From Chrysomallon squamiferum (lineage: Eukaryota > Animalia > Mollusca), in contig CM022673.1 of NCBI GenBank assembly GCA_012295275.1, positions 20,584,001-20,648,000 of the forward strand: a DNA stretch of 64,000 bases, written 5' to 3'. Below the pieces are notes generated by a model. It was given only the letters and a program-made list of their open reading frames with translations, had not been told where the DNA came from and searched no databases. This document shows, piece by piece, positions 14,987 through 27,893 of this stretch (its first letter is position 1; every line of letters starts with the position of its first letter). Position numbers and translations under genes: made by a program.

Positions 14987-17958
14987 ATGAGCTATAGCAA
15001 GGAAATTCCAGATGGAGCTGTTGTGAACTGAGTTTTTCACCATTGTCTTTTTAGACTAACCTGACCTGCCCTTGTATCCAGTTTGTCACAGATGTAGCAA
15101 ATGTGGGGATAGAAAAAAATAAAAAATGTCTGCTATAATAATAAAATCTGTTTCGGATCAAGGAATAGTCTAACATAAGTCTACTTTTCTTTCATGTGTA
15201 TCCCACTGGTAAGATATTTTTGCAACAATGGTTACTTTTCCTTTTCTTTAATTAATACAAGATGTCAATTCTCCTAAAGCAAAAGCTTTCACAAGATTAT
15301 TTTTGAAAGTATAAGCTTTTGCGTTTCCGGTTTTAAACATTTTTCGACAATGTCAGAAAGTTCTTATAATTCAATTTTCGTGCCGTTTTAGATAAAAATC
15401 ATTATTTATAAAGATTTTAAAAATGTAAATATTTATTTATTTATTATTATTAGTTAAAACAGTTAACAAACAGCATGTATAACTAGATATTCATAATTTC
15501 TAATATCTAGAGTTTGTTACATTTCAATATACACAGGTTTGGAATAGTAATCTTTGTTGTGTTTAAAACAATAAAAGATATGGTTTTATGAAACACATAT
15601 TTTACTTTTTGCAAAGGTACTATTTCTATAAACTTGTATGTTTTAAAAATTTCATGTTTTTGATTAAGTTTTTCGCAAACAGTAATATGGGAGGATGTAG
15701 GTGTCACTGACACCAGAGACAGAAAAATAGTATCACAGCTTTTTTCTTCTCATAAATCCAGAGTTAATGTCCCATAATATTTATAAAATCATGGAAGTAA
15801 GTCATATTACAAAGATGTCATTAAAAGCAGAATGGTGTGGAAAAAGTATTTTTTAAATACAAAGATTGTGAAGGAAAACAAAAATATTTAAAAATTCTAT
15901 AAAAACAGTGTTCTTCACTGTTTAGTGACGAAGGCTAAAATAAAATAAACAACAAACATGGAATAGTGCCAACAGGAAGATATTTTATTACCCCTGGCAT
16001 TCTAAAGTTCAGTATTTGCTAGGGCAAGATGGACAGACATATTATACTGTTTAGCAGTCTCTATTAGAAACAAAAACATAAAAATCATTATTTTAATCAG
16101 TTGTGTGTATTCTACAGACTATGCTACAAACAGTTTTTAATTTATTATTGTTGTTATTTTTATACAGTCACAGTATACATGGTTACAAAGTAAAAGTTGC
16201 AAATAAATAAAAAGATATAAATAAATAAATAATTCACAAAGTGCGCTAATGTACATTGTGAACAATCCTACATCTACTATCACACATTCAATTACATATA
16301 ATTTTTCACACAATTCCAACAAAGATTCTGTTTTTAAATTACAAACTTCATTTTGTTTTCCAAGTTCTGGGGATTCCCTAATTTCTGTTAACAAAAATGT
16401 TTTTAAAAATCCACTTTACTGGTTCACAACCAAACATAAATCTGAAATCTTGCATTCTTTTGTCAGTATTTTGAAACAAGGTAGGCATTTATTAAAATAT
16501 AATTCAGTGGAAAGAATTCTATACTGATCATAATTTTTAAGCATTTTTGGAATTAAATATTTATATACATAAAAATTCATAAGGTTGACATATGTATGAC
16601 ATTAGGGAAATCCCTGTCTGTCTCCATGGTTACGATAGCTAAACAATATTTTTCTTTACAATTCAAATGTGCAAAACTTATTAAAAAAGAAATCAATTCT
16701 AATTAACAAAACAAAAACAAGAAATAAATAAATATATTTAAAAAAAAATCCTTCATTAAAAACAAACTTAAAACTAAGATTCATAAAAATGGAGACAGAA
16801 CTCCTTTCTTCATCCAGGATTGTTTTAAAAAGGAAAAAATAAATAAAGGACAAAACTTTGAAATCAGTTTTTACTTATTAACTCAGTGTCTAAAAAAGTT
16901 TTTTTTTTTTTTCCAAGCAGCATTTACTGGTAAAGGGTTAATATTTTCAAGACTTTGCTTTGTAATAAAAACATCAAACATTGAAAAAAGATGTTAAATT
17001 CAAATAAGCTCAGTCTGAAAATAATTTGCAGCAATAAGCAGTGAAATATGATACCAACAACTGCCACAATTCAAACTGCAAAGTCAAAAACAAAATTTTT
17101 AATTTTAAAAGTCACGAATGTTGTCAATTACATATTACTGCAGTCACAAACATTTAAAATTCCCTTGTTATTCATAAATATATTTATTATTATAATTTTT
17201 TTTTTTATTTACATAAAGAACAAAATACTAGCGAAAGTTTGAGATCCCCCAAAAACTGAAACAGTGCACAAAAGTTAATTTTTTTTCTGCCAAAAGCCAA
17301 CTCCATTTATGTTTTTACTACAAAAGTTCTTCAAATAAATATCTGGCAAAGAACAGCCTAAGTAATACAATAATAGAAAAACAGAACTAGAGATTGTCAT
17401 CTTCTCTTGAAGAAACTAGCATTAGGATGAAAACAATTAAAAAAAAAAAATAAACAAAACTAACAGAGAAGAAATTAATCATTATAACAGCATAGAAAAA
17501 AACCTCTGAGTTAATTATATTTTTTTATCATTTTTATTTTTATTTTATTTTTTTTTCATAAATGTGCATGGCAGACAAAGAATTAATTACACTGTACATT
17601 AAAATAAGCTACTGTAAACAGCTGTCAAGAAAAAAAGTATTTTGAAAAGAAAAAGAGGCAGTATTTATCTATACACAACAGTTTCAGAAAATTCTCTAGT
17701 TGTACCCCATACATTAACGTGGCTATAAACAACTTTAAAATTCACCCACCAGAAAATAAAACACAGCTCAGACCACAGAAACACACTGACAAATTTGTCC
17801 AGAGTAGAAAGAGGTTCGCGGAGTGGACCCTTTTTTGTAGTTCTCTTGTAGCGAAAGAAAGGTTTGGGTTCAAATTTGGAGTATTTTTCTGTATCTGAAA
17901 GATGATCACACGGAGGGTTGTCGAAGGGGGACGAATCAGAGACGCAAACACCGAATAT

Positions 17959-18042
17959 TCAACTCTGAGCTTCCTCAGTTGCAGCCTCCCCCTCCCCTTC
18001 ACCCTCCTTCTTCAGCTGTTCTCGCCACTCTGGTTTCTTAGC
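17959..18042 (-). CDS. TnI: TnI terminal coding exon AKKPEWREQLKKEGEGEGEAATEEAQS*
   Basis: Acceptor ttctttactgcag|GCT, phase 0; stop TGA at 17961-17959. Confidence 0.9.
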   Translation of the reverse strand, partial: AKKPEWREQLKKEGEGEGEAATEEAQS

Positions 18043-19889
18043 CTGCAGTAAAGAAAAACATTTTAAAATTTGACTTAGTTGGTTAGAAAGGTGTAATCAT
18101 TAGCTATTCAGAAAATCTCGTATAATTTTTTAACTTTTTTTTCCAATTACCACACAAATATTTTTGATTTATATCTTTTTACTTCAGGAGCTGTTTGTAT
18201 TCAGATATATGACATGTTAGGGTTGATTCAGGATTTCACAAAATGTTGGACCTCATCAAGTTTTATTAGAAATAAAACAAAGATTGTTAAAAAAAAAAAT
18301 TAATTAAAAAATGGCTTATGTACATGGAACATCAGTGTATATTCAGTAATGAATATGAATGCTTTTCTCATATGTATTTCAAAAAATGTATTTTATCATC
18401 AACTTACATCTTCTTTATCATCCAGAGCAAATTTGTTCTGGCCTGTGGATTTAAGGTTGCTACGGAAATCTCTGGACTCTTTCTTATCCAGCTTGGCAAG
18501 TCTGAAACAAAGAACAACACAAATGTAACGAATTTGCAAAAACTGAATCTGCCTTTGATGAGAAGAAGTATTTAACAAATGAACAAATACACATAGATAC
18601 ACATACACATACTCATAAACACACACATTCACTCAAGCATACAGACCTTTATTTAATATACACACATGCATACACATGAATTATAAGGTGCTTTTTTCAA
18701 ATGCTGATGTATCTTCATACATTTACAATTTTTACTTACTTGCTTTCTGTCTTATTGACTTTTCTAAGGACTGGTTTGATGCTGTAAAAGATTAAAACAT
18801 AAATTACGTACACAATGTCATTAACTTCAACATTACTTATTGTGACTCTGACTTATTAGAAACACTGGAAGTCTCCCCAGACAAACATTTTGAGAGGTTA
18901 TACTTGTTAACCTGGAAAAAAAACACCAATCAGACATCCTCAGAGGATTAAAAATACAATCCTGGAGTGTCCAGTAAAATCATACAGAGACATGAAATAA
19001 ATTCTACCTGAAAATAAAACAGTGTGAAAAAAGTGCAATACAACATTTGTGCTAAGAATTTCAGAATCAACTGACAGCTGAGTGTGTGTGTGTGCTGGCA
19101 AAGGTAAACATTGCAAAGTCTAAAACATATTTTATGTACAGTTTTTAGATTCATTTTCTATTATAAAGTACTTTCCTTTTTTTTAAATTCCTTATTCTTA
19201 TTTGATTTATATTAATTTATATAATTATTTGACATGCTAAAATTCTATATTTAATTGCTGTTTTCAAACATTCATTTTTTTACTTATTTATTAATTTTTA
19301 TAAGGAATGATGACAATATTAATTTTTGATACAGTATATAGTTTCTTTCAATAAGGGAATTTAAGTCAAATGCAAACCTTCATAAAATAAAATCATATTA
19401 CAAAAATATTTAACTTCTGTTAAACTTAAAACATTTTTTAAGTCATTATAGACAAGGGAAATAACTCTTGTTACACCATCAGTTAGAGAGCAAGTACTTT
19501 CCTGCCTACATATTTATATTTAATTAACTGAATTTAAGTAGTATGTTTAATCTGTTTCAAATCAGTTGTAGTTTTTTCTTTCTATTTTTATTTGCATAAT
19601 AATTTATATATATATTAATAGAAATTGTCAACTAAAATAATAGAGAAATGTAAATACATTTTAAAAAATACTAAATTCAAATTGTATATATTAAAAAGCT
19701 GAAATAATTAGTTTTAAAAATTGGTTCTGTAAAAGTTTAATTTTATCAGAAATAAAATTATTAAACAAAAAAAAGTAATAATATTTAGAAAAAATTCAGA
19801 ATTTATGAATTGGATGACCTTGAACCCAAGAAATACATTTTTTCAGTATAAAAATAAATAATTATGCATAAAAAAAATAATAATAATAA

Positions 19890-19943
<54 letters not shown>

Positions 19944-22900
19944 AATAAATAAATAAATAAAAATTACTAATAAAGTATAAAAGTACAAAATATATTTATT
20001 GCTGACTTAAGCAAAACACTAAAAAAATAATAAAGCATTTAAAAAAATAAAGCATTCATGCTCTTCCAAAATATTAAATAAATCAAATTTTTGTAAAAAA
20101 TACTCAGACAAAAACATAATTTCTTAGTGAACTACTTCAAACAAAATTATAAGTAAAATAATTTAGATGCTGACTGAAAACTATCAAATAAATTTTATTT
20201 AGTGAATAATATCTATCATCAAATTATATTTTATTGTTGTTGTTTTTAAAAAACAGCATATTAAAATGTCTTAGTAACATAATCTTTCAAATATGAAAAA
20301 CAGATTGAAATATAAAATATGTTAAAATATAGCATTTGTACAGTATGCAGCTAATTATCTTTAGATTAACATCAGGTTGTTTGGATTTTTAACATTTCAT
20401 TTTTTACTGTGTAACAGAGGTGCACAACACACTGACACATGAAATTACATAATGTGCTGTTAACTTTATCTCATTTAAATCAACACACAAAACAAGGTTT
20501 TAGTCTGAAGAAATGTGAAAAAAAAATTCATTTACACTTAATTTAATGGGTTTAATTCACACCCTAATTATGAAATTATTTATATAAAACAACAAATAAA
20601 TAAATAAATGGACTGAAAAGGGAAATGGGCATGAACTAGTAAATAAAAAATAAAATAAATTTATTTTAAAAATGTAAAATATTGCAATAAATCAGCATGG
20701 ATGCATAGAAGCATACAGGGTGACAAATGTATGTTTACACTAATTTTAATTTTCAACAGGGACCAGTTATAAAGCATGAATCATGCATAGGTGAGATTTC
20801 CAAACAGGTATGTGGATACTTGAGGTTTGATTTAAAAAATAATTTAAAAATTAACAGTAAACTTTTTAATAATAAAAATATATTCTTTTAAAAATAAATT
20901 TTATTTAACTAAAATAATGAATTTTAAAAATAATAAAATTTTAATAACAATAACAATAATAAAAATAACTAAAAGCATAAAAAAAAAAAAAAAAATTTGA
21001 AAACATTGCGCAAACAAATCTAACATCCACTGCAACTGGTGTTTTGTTTTGTTTGTATTTTTCTAAAAAAAAAAAAAGCGGCTGAAACAAAATTTGCCTA
21101 CAGACGCTATATGAATCAAGGTGAAGGTTAGACTAGGTGTGCCCAACTCACACCAAATTGTTGTACTCACAATTTGCCTTTGGTATCATTAACTTTGAGA
21201 GTTAATTCATTGATCTGAAAAAGAAACCAATGATGTTAAATACATTTTTCTAAAATTAAATACTTACAATTTGCCTTTCGCATCATTAAATTTGAGTTGT
21301 AAATTATTTATCTGCAAGAAAAAGCAAAGAGAAAAAAATTATACACATAGTAAATAGAGATTTCTTAAACTTTGATGATGTTTTTCTTTGTTTTCCTTTG
21401 TTTTATTTTTAAAAATAAGAACAAATTTTAAAAAGTAACTTTGTCCTTACAATTTTGAAGTTTTAATTCAAAATGTAGATAACATGTATGAATGCAAAAA
21501 CTCTTGTTTTTATTTTTTATTAGTATTTTTAGAAAAATCTTACAAGTCTTACTCAACAAACAAATGATTATAAATTTTTAATTAGCTTTTAAGAAAATAC
21601 ATGGTTAAAAGTATTTGAAGTGTAACAAATTTAATTTTAAAAATTACTGAGAAAACGTAAAGAATAATTTAATATAAATTTATCATAGTTCATGTTGCTT
21701 TAATTATGAGGAATTAATATTATTACAGATATAGCAATGGATTGTACAAAAATACCTACTAATAAAAAAAAAAGTGTTACATATTTAAATCAATTATTGT
21801 AATTCTCAATTTAAAAAACAAAAATCAGAATTTATTATTATTATTATTTTAATATCAATGGTGGAGTCACAGTTATTGGTGGATTTTTTATTTAATAAAA
21901 AATATGCTGCTTTTAGCAGTGATGTATTTGCTCTAGGTGTAATTTCATTATTTATACTGATCTTTTTATATAACTATTGTTTCTTTCTGTATAACTGTTA
22001 CTGACATTAATATGTCACTGTGTTATTAATATAATTATATCATTGTACTATTAATATTATTAATATTATTAATACTACTACTGCTACAACAGGATACCTC
22101 AAAGTCTTGTTTCCTGATTTTCACTTCCCAGTCAAAGACCTCCTCCTCCAAAACACATATTTTATTATGAAGTTTCTTGCACAGTTGTTGAAGGTCGGCT
22201 GTGAAAAACAACACATTCAGTTTTCAGAGACTGTTTTACAAACATAGTTGTTAAATGCTGTAGATGTGGCTAGTTATATAAAACAAAAACAGTCTTAGTA
22301 AATTCAGATGTCAACTGATAATACACTGAACTCTTTTAGTAATTTTATCTTTTAAGACTACAGATTGACAGAAGATAAGAGATCAGAATTTATATAGACT
22401 ATGAACAAAAATACATTTGATAATACATTTTTAATCCAATATAAATATTAGTAGCATTACTTAGATAATTCATATTAAAAATATGAGTTATGTTGTGACA
22501 GAAAAAACATCTGGTCAAACAAATTGAAACCTACATTAATATTAATTTCCTGATTGATGAAAAATTACTGATCACTGTGATGTCAGTTTACTAAAATAAT
22601 ATAGTGTGTAAATATTCTCTTTTGTATTTAATTAAATGCTAATAAGGACCTTTACACCTTTACTAAAAATATTTGTAAACATTCATTCATTAAATACGAT
22701 ATATTTTCTTGTACATATTACTTTTTGTTAAGTGAAAAAATCTGACTGATTATCAAAACACTAGTATTAAAACATTACAGAAAATAATTTAAACACTTTC
22801 CAAATTAGAAAAGCAAATCTTTAGTTACTTATCAGTAGGTTTTCATAAAGTTAAACATATTTAGTAAAAATCCATAATAATTTATTAAAATGTTTTTAAA

Positions 22901-24250
22901 TAAAGACATTAGAACATAATACATGTACATACTAATCTAGATTTTTTTGTTTAGCAGCTTTTGTTAATGTGAATAGAAAATAGAAACAGTAGAGAAAGCA
23001 CATTTTATGAAATAAATAACATTAAAAATTAGAAAAAGGAAATAAACAAATCATATTTCAAAGTAAATTAACTGAAAAATAATCAGACAAAAATAACCAT
23101 TCTAATTAATCACAATATACATCAGAATAGTAACTTGATTAATTATAGCCTTTGTTTCAAATAATTATTACATGTCAATTAAAAATAATAATAAAATGAA
23201 AAAAAAAAAAAGTGCATAAACAGATTTGCGTGGACAAAAAATAATAACAAATAATAGATAATAAAATATATGCTTATGGCTACAATTAAATAAACCAGAG
23301 TTTTAATAATAGCTATAACATACCAAATATACTGATGCCAAGCACAGGAACAATGCTCTTAATATTTAACATACACTAAGGGAGTGTAAGGATAATTGTT
23401 ACAATAAGGAACTTTAAAAATATTTGACTTAGTTACACAAATTACAAATAAAAGTGTACTTACTGAAATTAATTATAAAGTAAGGATTGGCAGTGATTTA
23501 CAATTATTTAAATTATGATTACAAATACTAAGTTAAATGTAGGATTTGTGTTAAGGTAGTGGATGGATAAAATGTTTGAGAAAAATATAAAACAAAAGCC
23601 AGGGAAATGCTGTTTTCAGAATATTTACCTACACAATGCATGGTGAAACTTTCATATAATTAACATTACAGTGAGGTTCGACAGATATTTAATTCAACTG
23701 TTTTATAAAAGTGATGACCTTTAACATTGTAGATTATAATGACTGGGTTGTCTTGGCATTTAGAGGGCTTGTACCTAAAAGACTGAGTCATCAAGGCATT
23801 CAGGGATATATACTCAAAAGACTGAGGCATACAATGTATTAGAGGACGTACTCGAAAGACTAAGCCATCAATAAACTGGCTATATTAGTAAGAGATAATG
23901 TGGACGTCGGTTTGGAGATTTTATTTTGATAAATGAATGCAATAACAAATGGATAAATAGCTGGCATATTATATTTTGTGGGGTGACTATTATGGATATT
24001 TTAAATCATGATTTGGCTACTTTCTCCTTTTAATGTCATGTTGTAGGATTTCCCATGTTCAAGTTTATGTTGTCTATGGCAAAGTGACATTGTCCATCAG
24101 TATATGTGGTAATGTTTTCTATGTGGTAGCTTAAGCAAAATTTTAACATCACCCAACGGTTCGAGTAGATCAACCTACCAACTGCAAATACAAAGATTCC
24201 TTTAAAGTTAAGCTACTGTAATATATACATAAACATATAAATATCATCAT

Positions 24251-24284
<34 letters not shown>

Positions 24285-24874
24285 GTATTGTTTTATAATT
24301 ATTAATATAAGTATATATCACTGGAGGCATAATTGTTTTTTTTATATATATGAATATTCTAATGGTCCAGGAATTTCATGTTCATAATATTGAATTTATT
24401 TATTGTTTATTTACACAACAGGAAGTTTTATATCTGCTTACCTGAATATTCAAAAGGTCCTTGATTTTAAAGTTTCATGTCTACTTTTATATATATATAT
24501 ATATCTATATACAAACACACACACATAAATGTATGGATGTATGTGCATGTGTCCATTTTGCCTGTATCAGAAATAACAGTTTCATTTTACAGACAACACT
24601 GAATATTCTATGTATATAAAAATTGTAACTCTCAAAATGTAAATGAATCTGTACAAATTGCTTTATACCTTGGTTCATTCCAGAGGTCTCTAATTCTGGT
24701 ACCTGGGCGTTGATGAACTTTTCTTTTTCCTCTGCTTTCCTCTTCGCCTCATTTCTCAAATCTTCAGCAGCCTTCTGCATGATGAGTTTCTGCAACAGGA
24801 AACAGCACAGACATTAATTCCCATGTAATGACCTTGCTTCAACTACAGCATATTTTTCTTTTCATTTTACATAA

Positions 24875-24947
<73 letters not shown>

Positions 24948-25527
24948 TTAAGACAAAGAATTTAATAAAATAAAAATTAATTCAGTCTCAAAATAAAAAA
25001 TATTATATCTTAAAAAACATGAACTTCATTTTCTGAAATTAATCAAATATTTATTCCAAATTAGAAATAATAATGATTATAACAGAACTTATTTAATAAA
25101 TTCAACAAACTCCATTCAGTTTTCACATTTTGTTTCATTATAAAAGTTATTTTTATAAAGGTTGGTTCTTATTTTAGAAACATGACTCAGAATATTTATT
25201 TCCATTATAAACTAACCCAACAGAAAAATTCACTTATTTATCAGTCCTTCTAAATTTTCAAACACATTAATTTTTCTATAATTTATTAGCAACCAATCAT
25301 CTATGGACACTAGCCTACATCATACACAGAATTACAGCTACTTGTCTTTTGTTCCATCCATGCCAATCCCTTCCATAAATAAGGCTTAATTTCTCCCCAA
25401 GTCAATAATTCAGATCATTAAAAAATATACATATATTTTTTTTTTTTATCTTATTTCAGTTTGTAAGAAAACAGGTTAACAAAAAAAAAAATCAATGTAA
25501 ATGTAATATAAACATACAAACAGTAAC

Positions 25528-25576
<49 letters not shown>

Positions 25577-27861
25577 GTGATAATAATAACAATCATACAC
25601 AATCCTAAGATATGTATCAAATTAATTTCCTACAGGCATATAAATAATGATTGAATGATAAAATAAAGTATTTTGTATAAAAAAAAGACCAGCGGATGAT
25701 TCATGTTTGTTAGAAATTTTTGTTTTGTTTTTTTCTTATTTAAAGAAAATACACAATGGTAAATAATTAAATAAAATAATTTCAAAAGATAAAAAAAACT
25801 ACTCATATATTAATAAGCCAGTATCCCAGTCTCAGTGTTGTAACATAAAAAGGTTTTATAAGAATAAAAAAAAATCAAATGTGTGTATAATATATAAATA
25901 TATTAATTGACAAATGAGTGAATAACCATGCCAACAAAAAGCCTCATAAAATTGCAAGTTAAAATTATTGCAAACAGAACATAATTCTGTTAATACAATC
26001 ACTAGATGTATTAATTAATGAATTAATTAATTATTCAAACAGCTCGTTATTAGTAAAGCAACCTTAATGAAAATTTCTCCTACCACAAAATAAAATATAA
26101 GTAACAAAATGGGCTACAAAAAAGTATTAAAAAGAACAAAAAAATTATTTTTGAAATAAACATGTTATTTTCCTGACTACAAGCTCTCAAAAGAGAAATT
26201 ATTTTAAATAAATAATGAGCCATGGCTTAATGTTTAAACAAACAAAAAAGATTATTTTAATTTTTTTATTATTATCATTACTATTTCAGTTACTGTTGCC
26301 ATTATGATTATTATTATTGCTGCAGTTATTATTATCATTAGACTATTTATTTATGACCTGACTTACTCTTTTTAACATTTTGATCTAATTTTGATTTTGA
26401 TAAGTGAGGGGCTGTTACTGGTACAGAATGGAGAAAGTTGGGGTTTCGATATACCTTAAGAAGCTTCTTCTTTTCAGGTGAAAGGCCACCCAGACCTTTC
26501 CTCTTTCCCTTCTTCTTCTTTGCTTCCTCCTCCTTCTTTCGGCGAGCTTCCTGGAGTGGGAGTCGAAGAGGAAGTTAAATACAGATGCATTATGGTAAAG
26601 GGGGGTTAAATAGCAGGCCAGTTGTTTCTCTTAATAAAATATAATTAAATACTCACACTTCCTTTGGTATTGCTGGTTTCAAACATCTATTTAATAGGAG
26701 CTTAAGGAAACAATATTATTACGCAACTGATATAATGAAAAAATAAATAAATATATTAAAAAAGATGTTTATGAAATTAATAAGAAATACAATTTATGGC
26801 TCCAACAGTCTTTTTTTTTTTTCTTTTTTTTTTTTTAACCCAGGTTTTGGTTATTGAACTGAAAAAAAGTTGTTGTTTTTTATATTAGCTATGTTTGTAT
26901 ATAAAAATGTATGTAAGCAATTTCTGAGCATTTTTTTTTTAATCTGACAGAGCTAGGTTTCAGTGCTTAAGAATGCAAGATGGCTGAACCAACTTTTTTG
27001 AAAGAAGCTGGTCACAATTAAAGCTTGAAAATTTGAAAATATAAAGAATTTTTAAATGTAGAAGAAAGGAGAATAAGACCTAAATAAATGTAGATAATTT
27101 TTGTTTTATATGCCAGGCCACAGAGGAAATAGTTTAAATGAAAGAGAGCATTTTAAAATCTTTTTTCTGTTTTCTTTATTCAGTAAAAGATTTAGATGTT
27201 ATTAGCACAAATATTAGTGTATTAGGCATCTAATCTACAAATGTGACAACATGAGAGTGTGTGAGCACATACTGACAGACAGACAGACGACAGGACAGCA
27301 GAGCCAAAGTGCAAGGTGTCAGACAATAAAAGGGGGACCCGTGACCAAAACACAGGCGAACGATTTTAGTAAACTGCAAAATAAATCATTTTAACATTAA
27401 AACTAAATTCATTTCCGCTCATTTCAGATAAAAAAAATTTTTTTAAAAAGGAAAAAAAAGTTGTAATTATTGATGAAAATATTTTACACCAGTTTACACC
27501 AGTTTTGTTTTTATTTTTATTGTTCTTTTTTGTCAAAATTAAATTATACCATTATTAAAATTGAAAATAAAATCGTATATATAAATTTCTGATGGGAATT
27601 TCTTTTTATGTAATTCTGAGCGAAAATAAATTCAATATTATGTTTGCAAGACAATGAACAAAACAACATGACCTGTTTAGCGGCAGGCAAGATTTGGCGA
27701 TTTACAGTTAGGTCTGGTTGCCAGCCATTGCTTCCAAAAGCTTTTCTGTATATTTATTAAGTTAATCTCTCCCAGGTATTTTAATCCTTTTATTCCGTTT
27801 GTTTTAATTTCAAAAAATATTATGGAACAATCTTAGTAAAAAATGACTGAGAAGTTATAAG

Positions 27862-27893
<32 letters not shown>

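Noticed and set aside
15400-17958. TnI polyadenylation site
   Set aside because: Many AATAAA matches occur on the minus strand in AT-rich sequence, and none can be singled out without 3'-end data.
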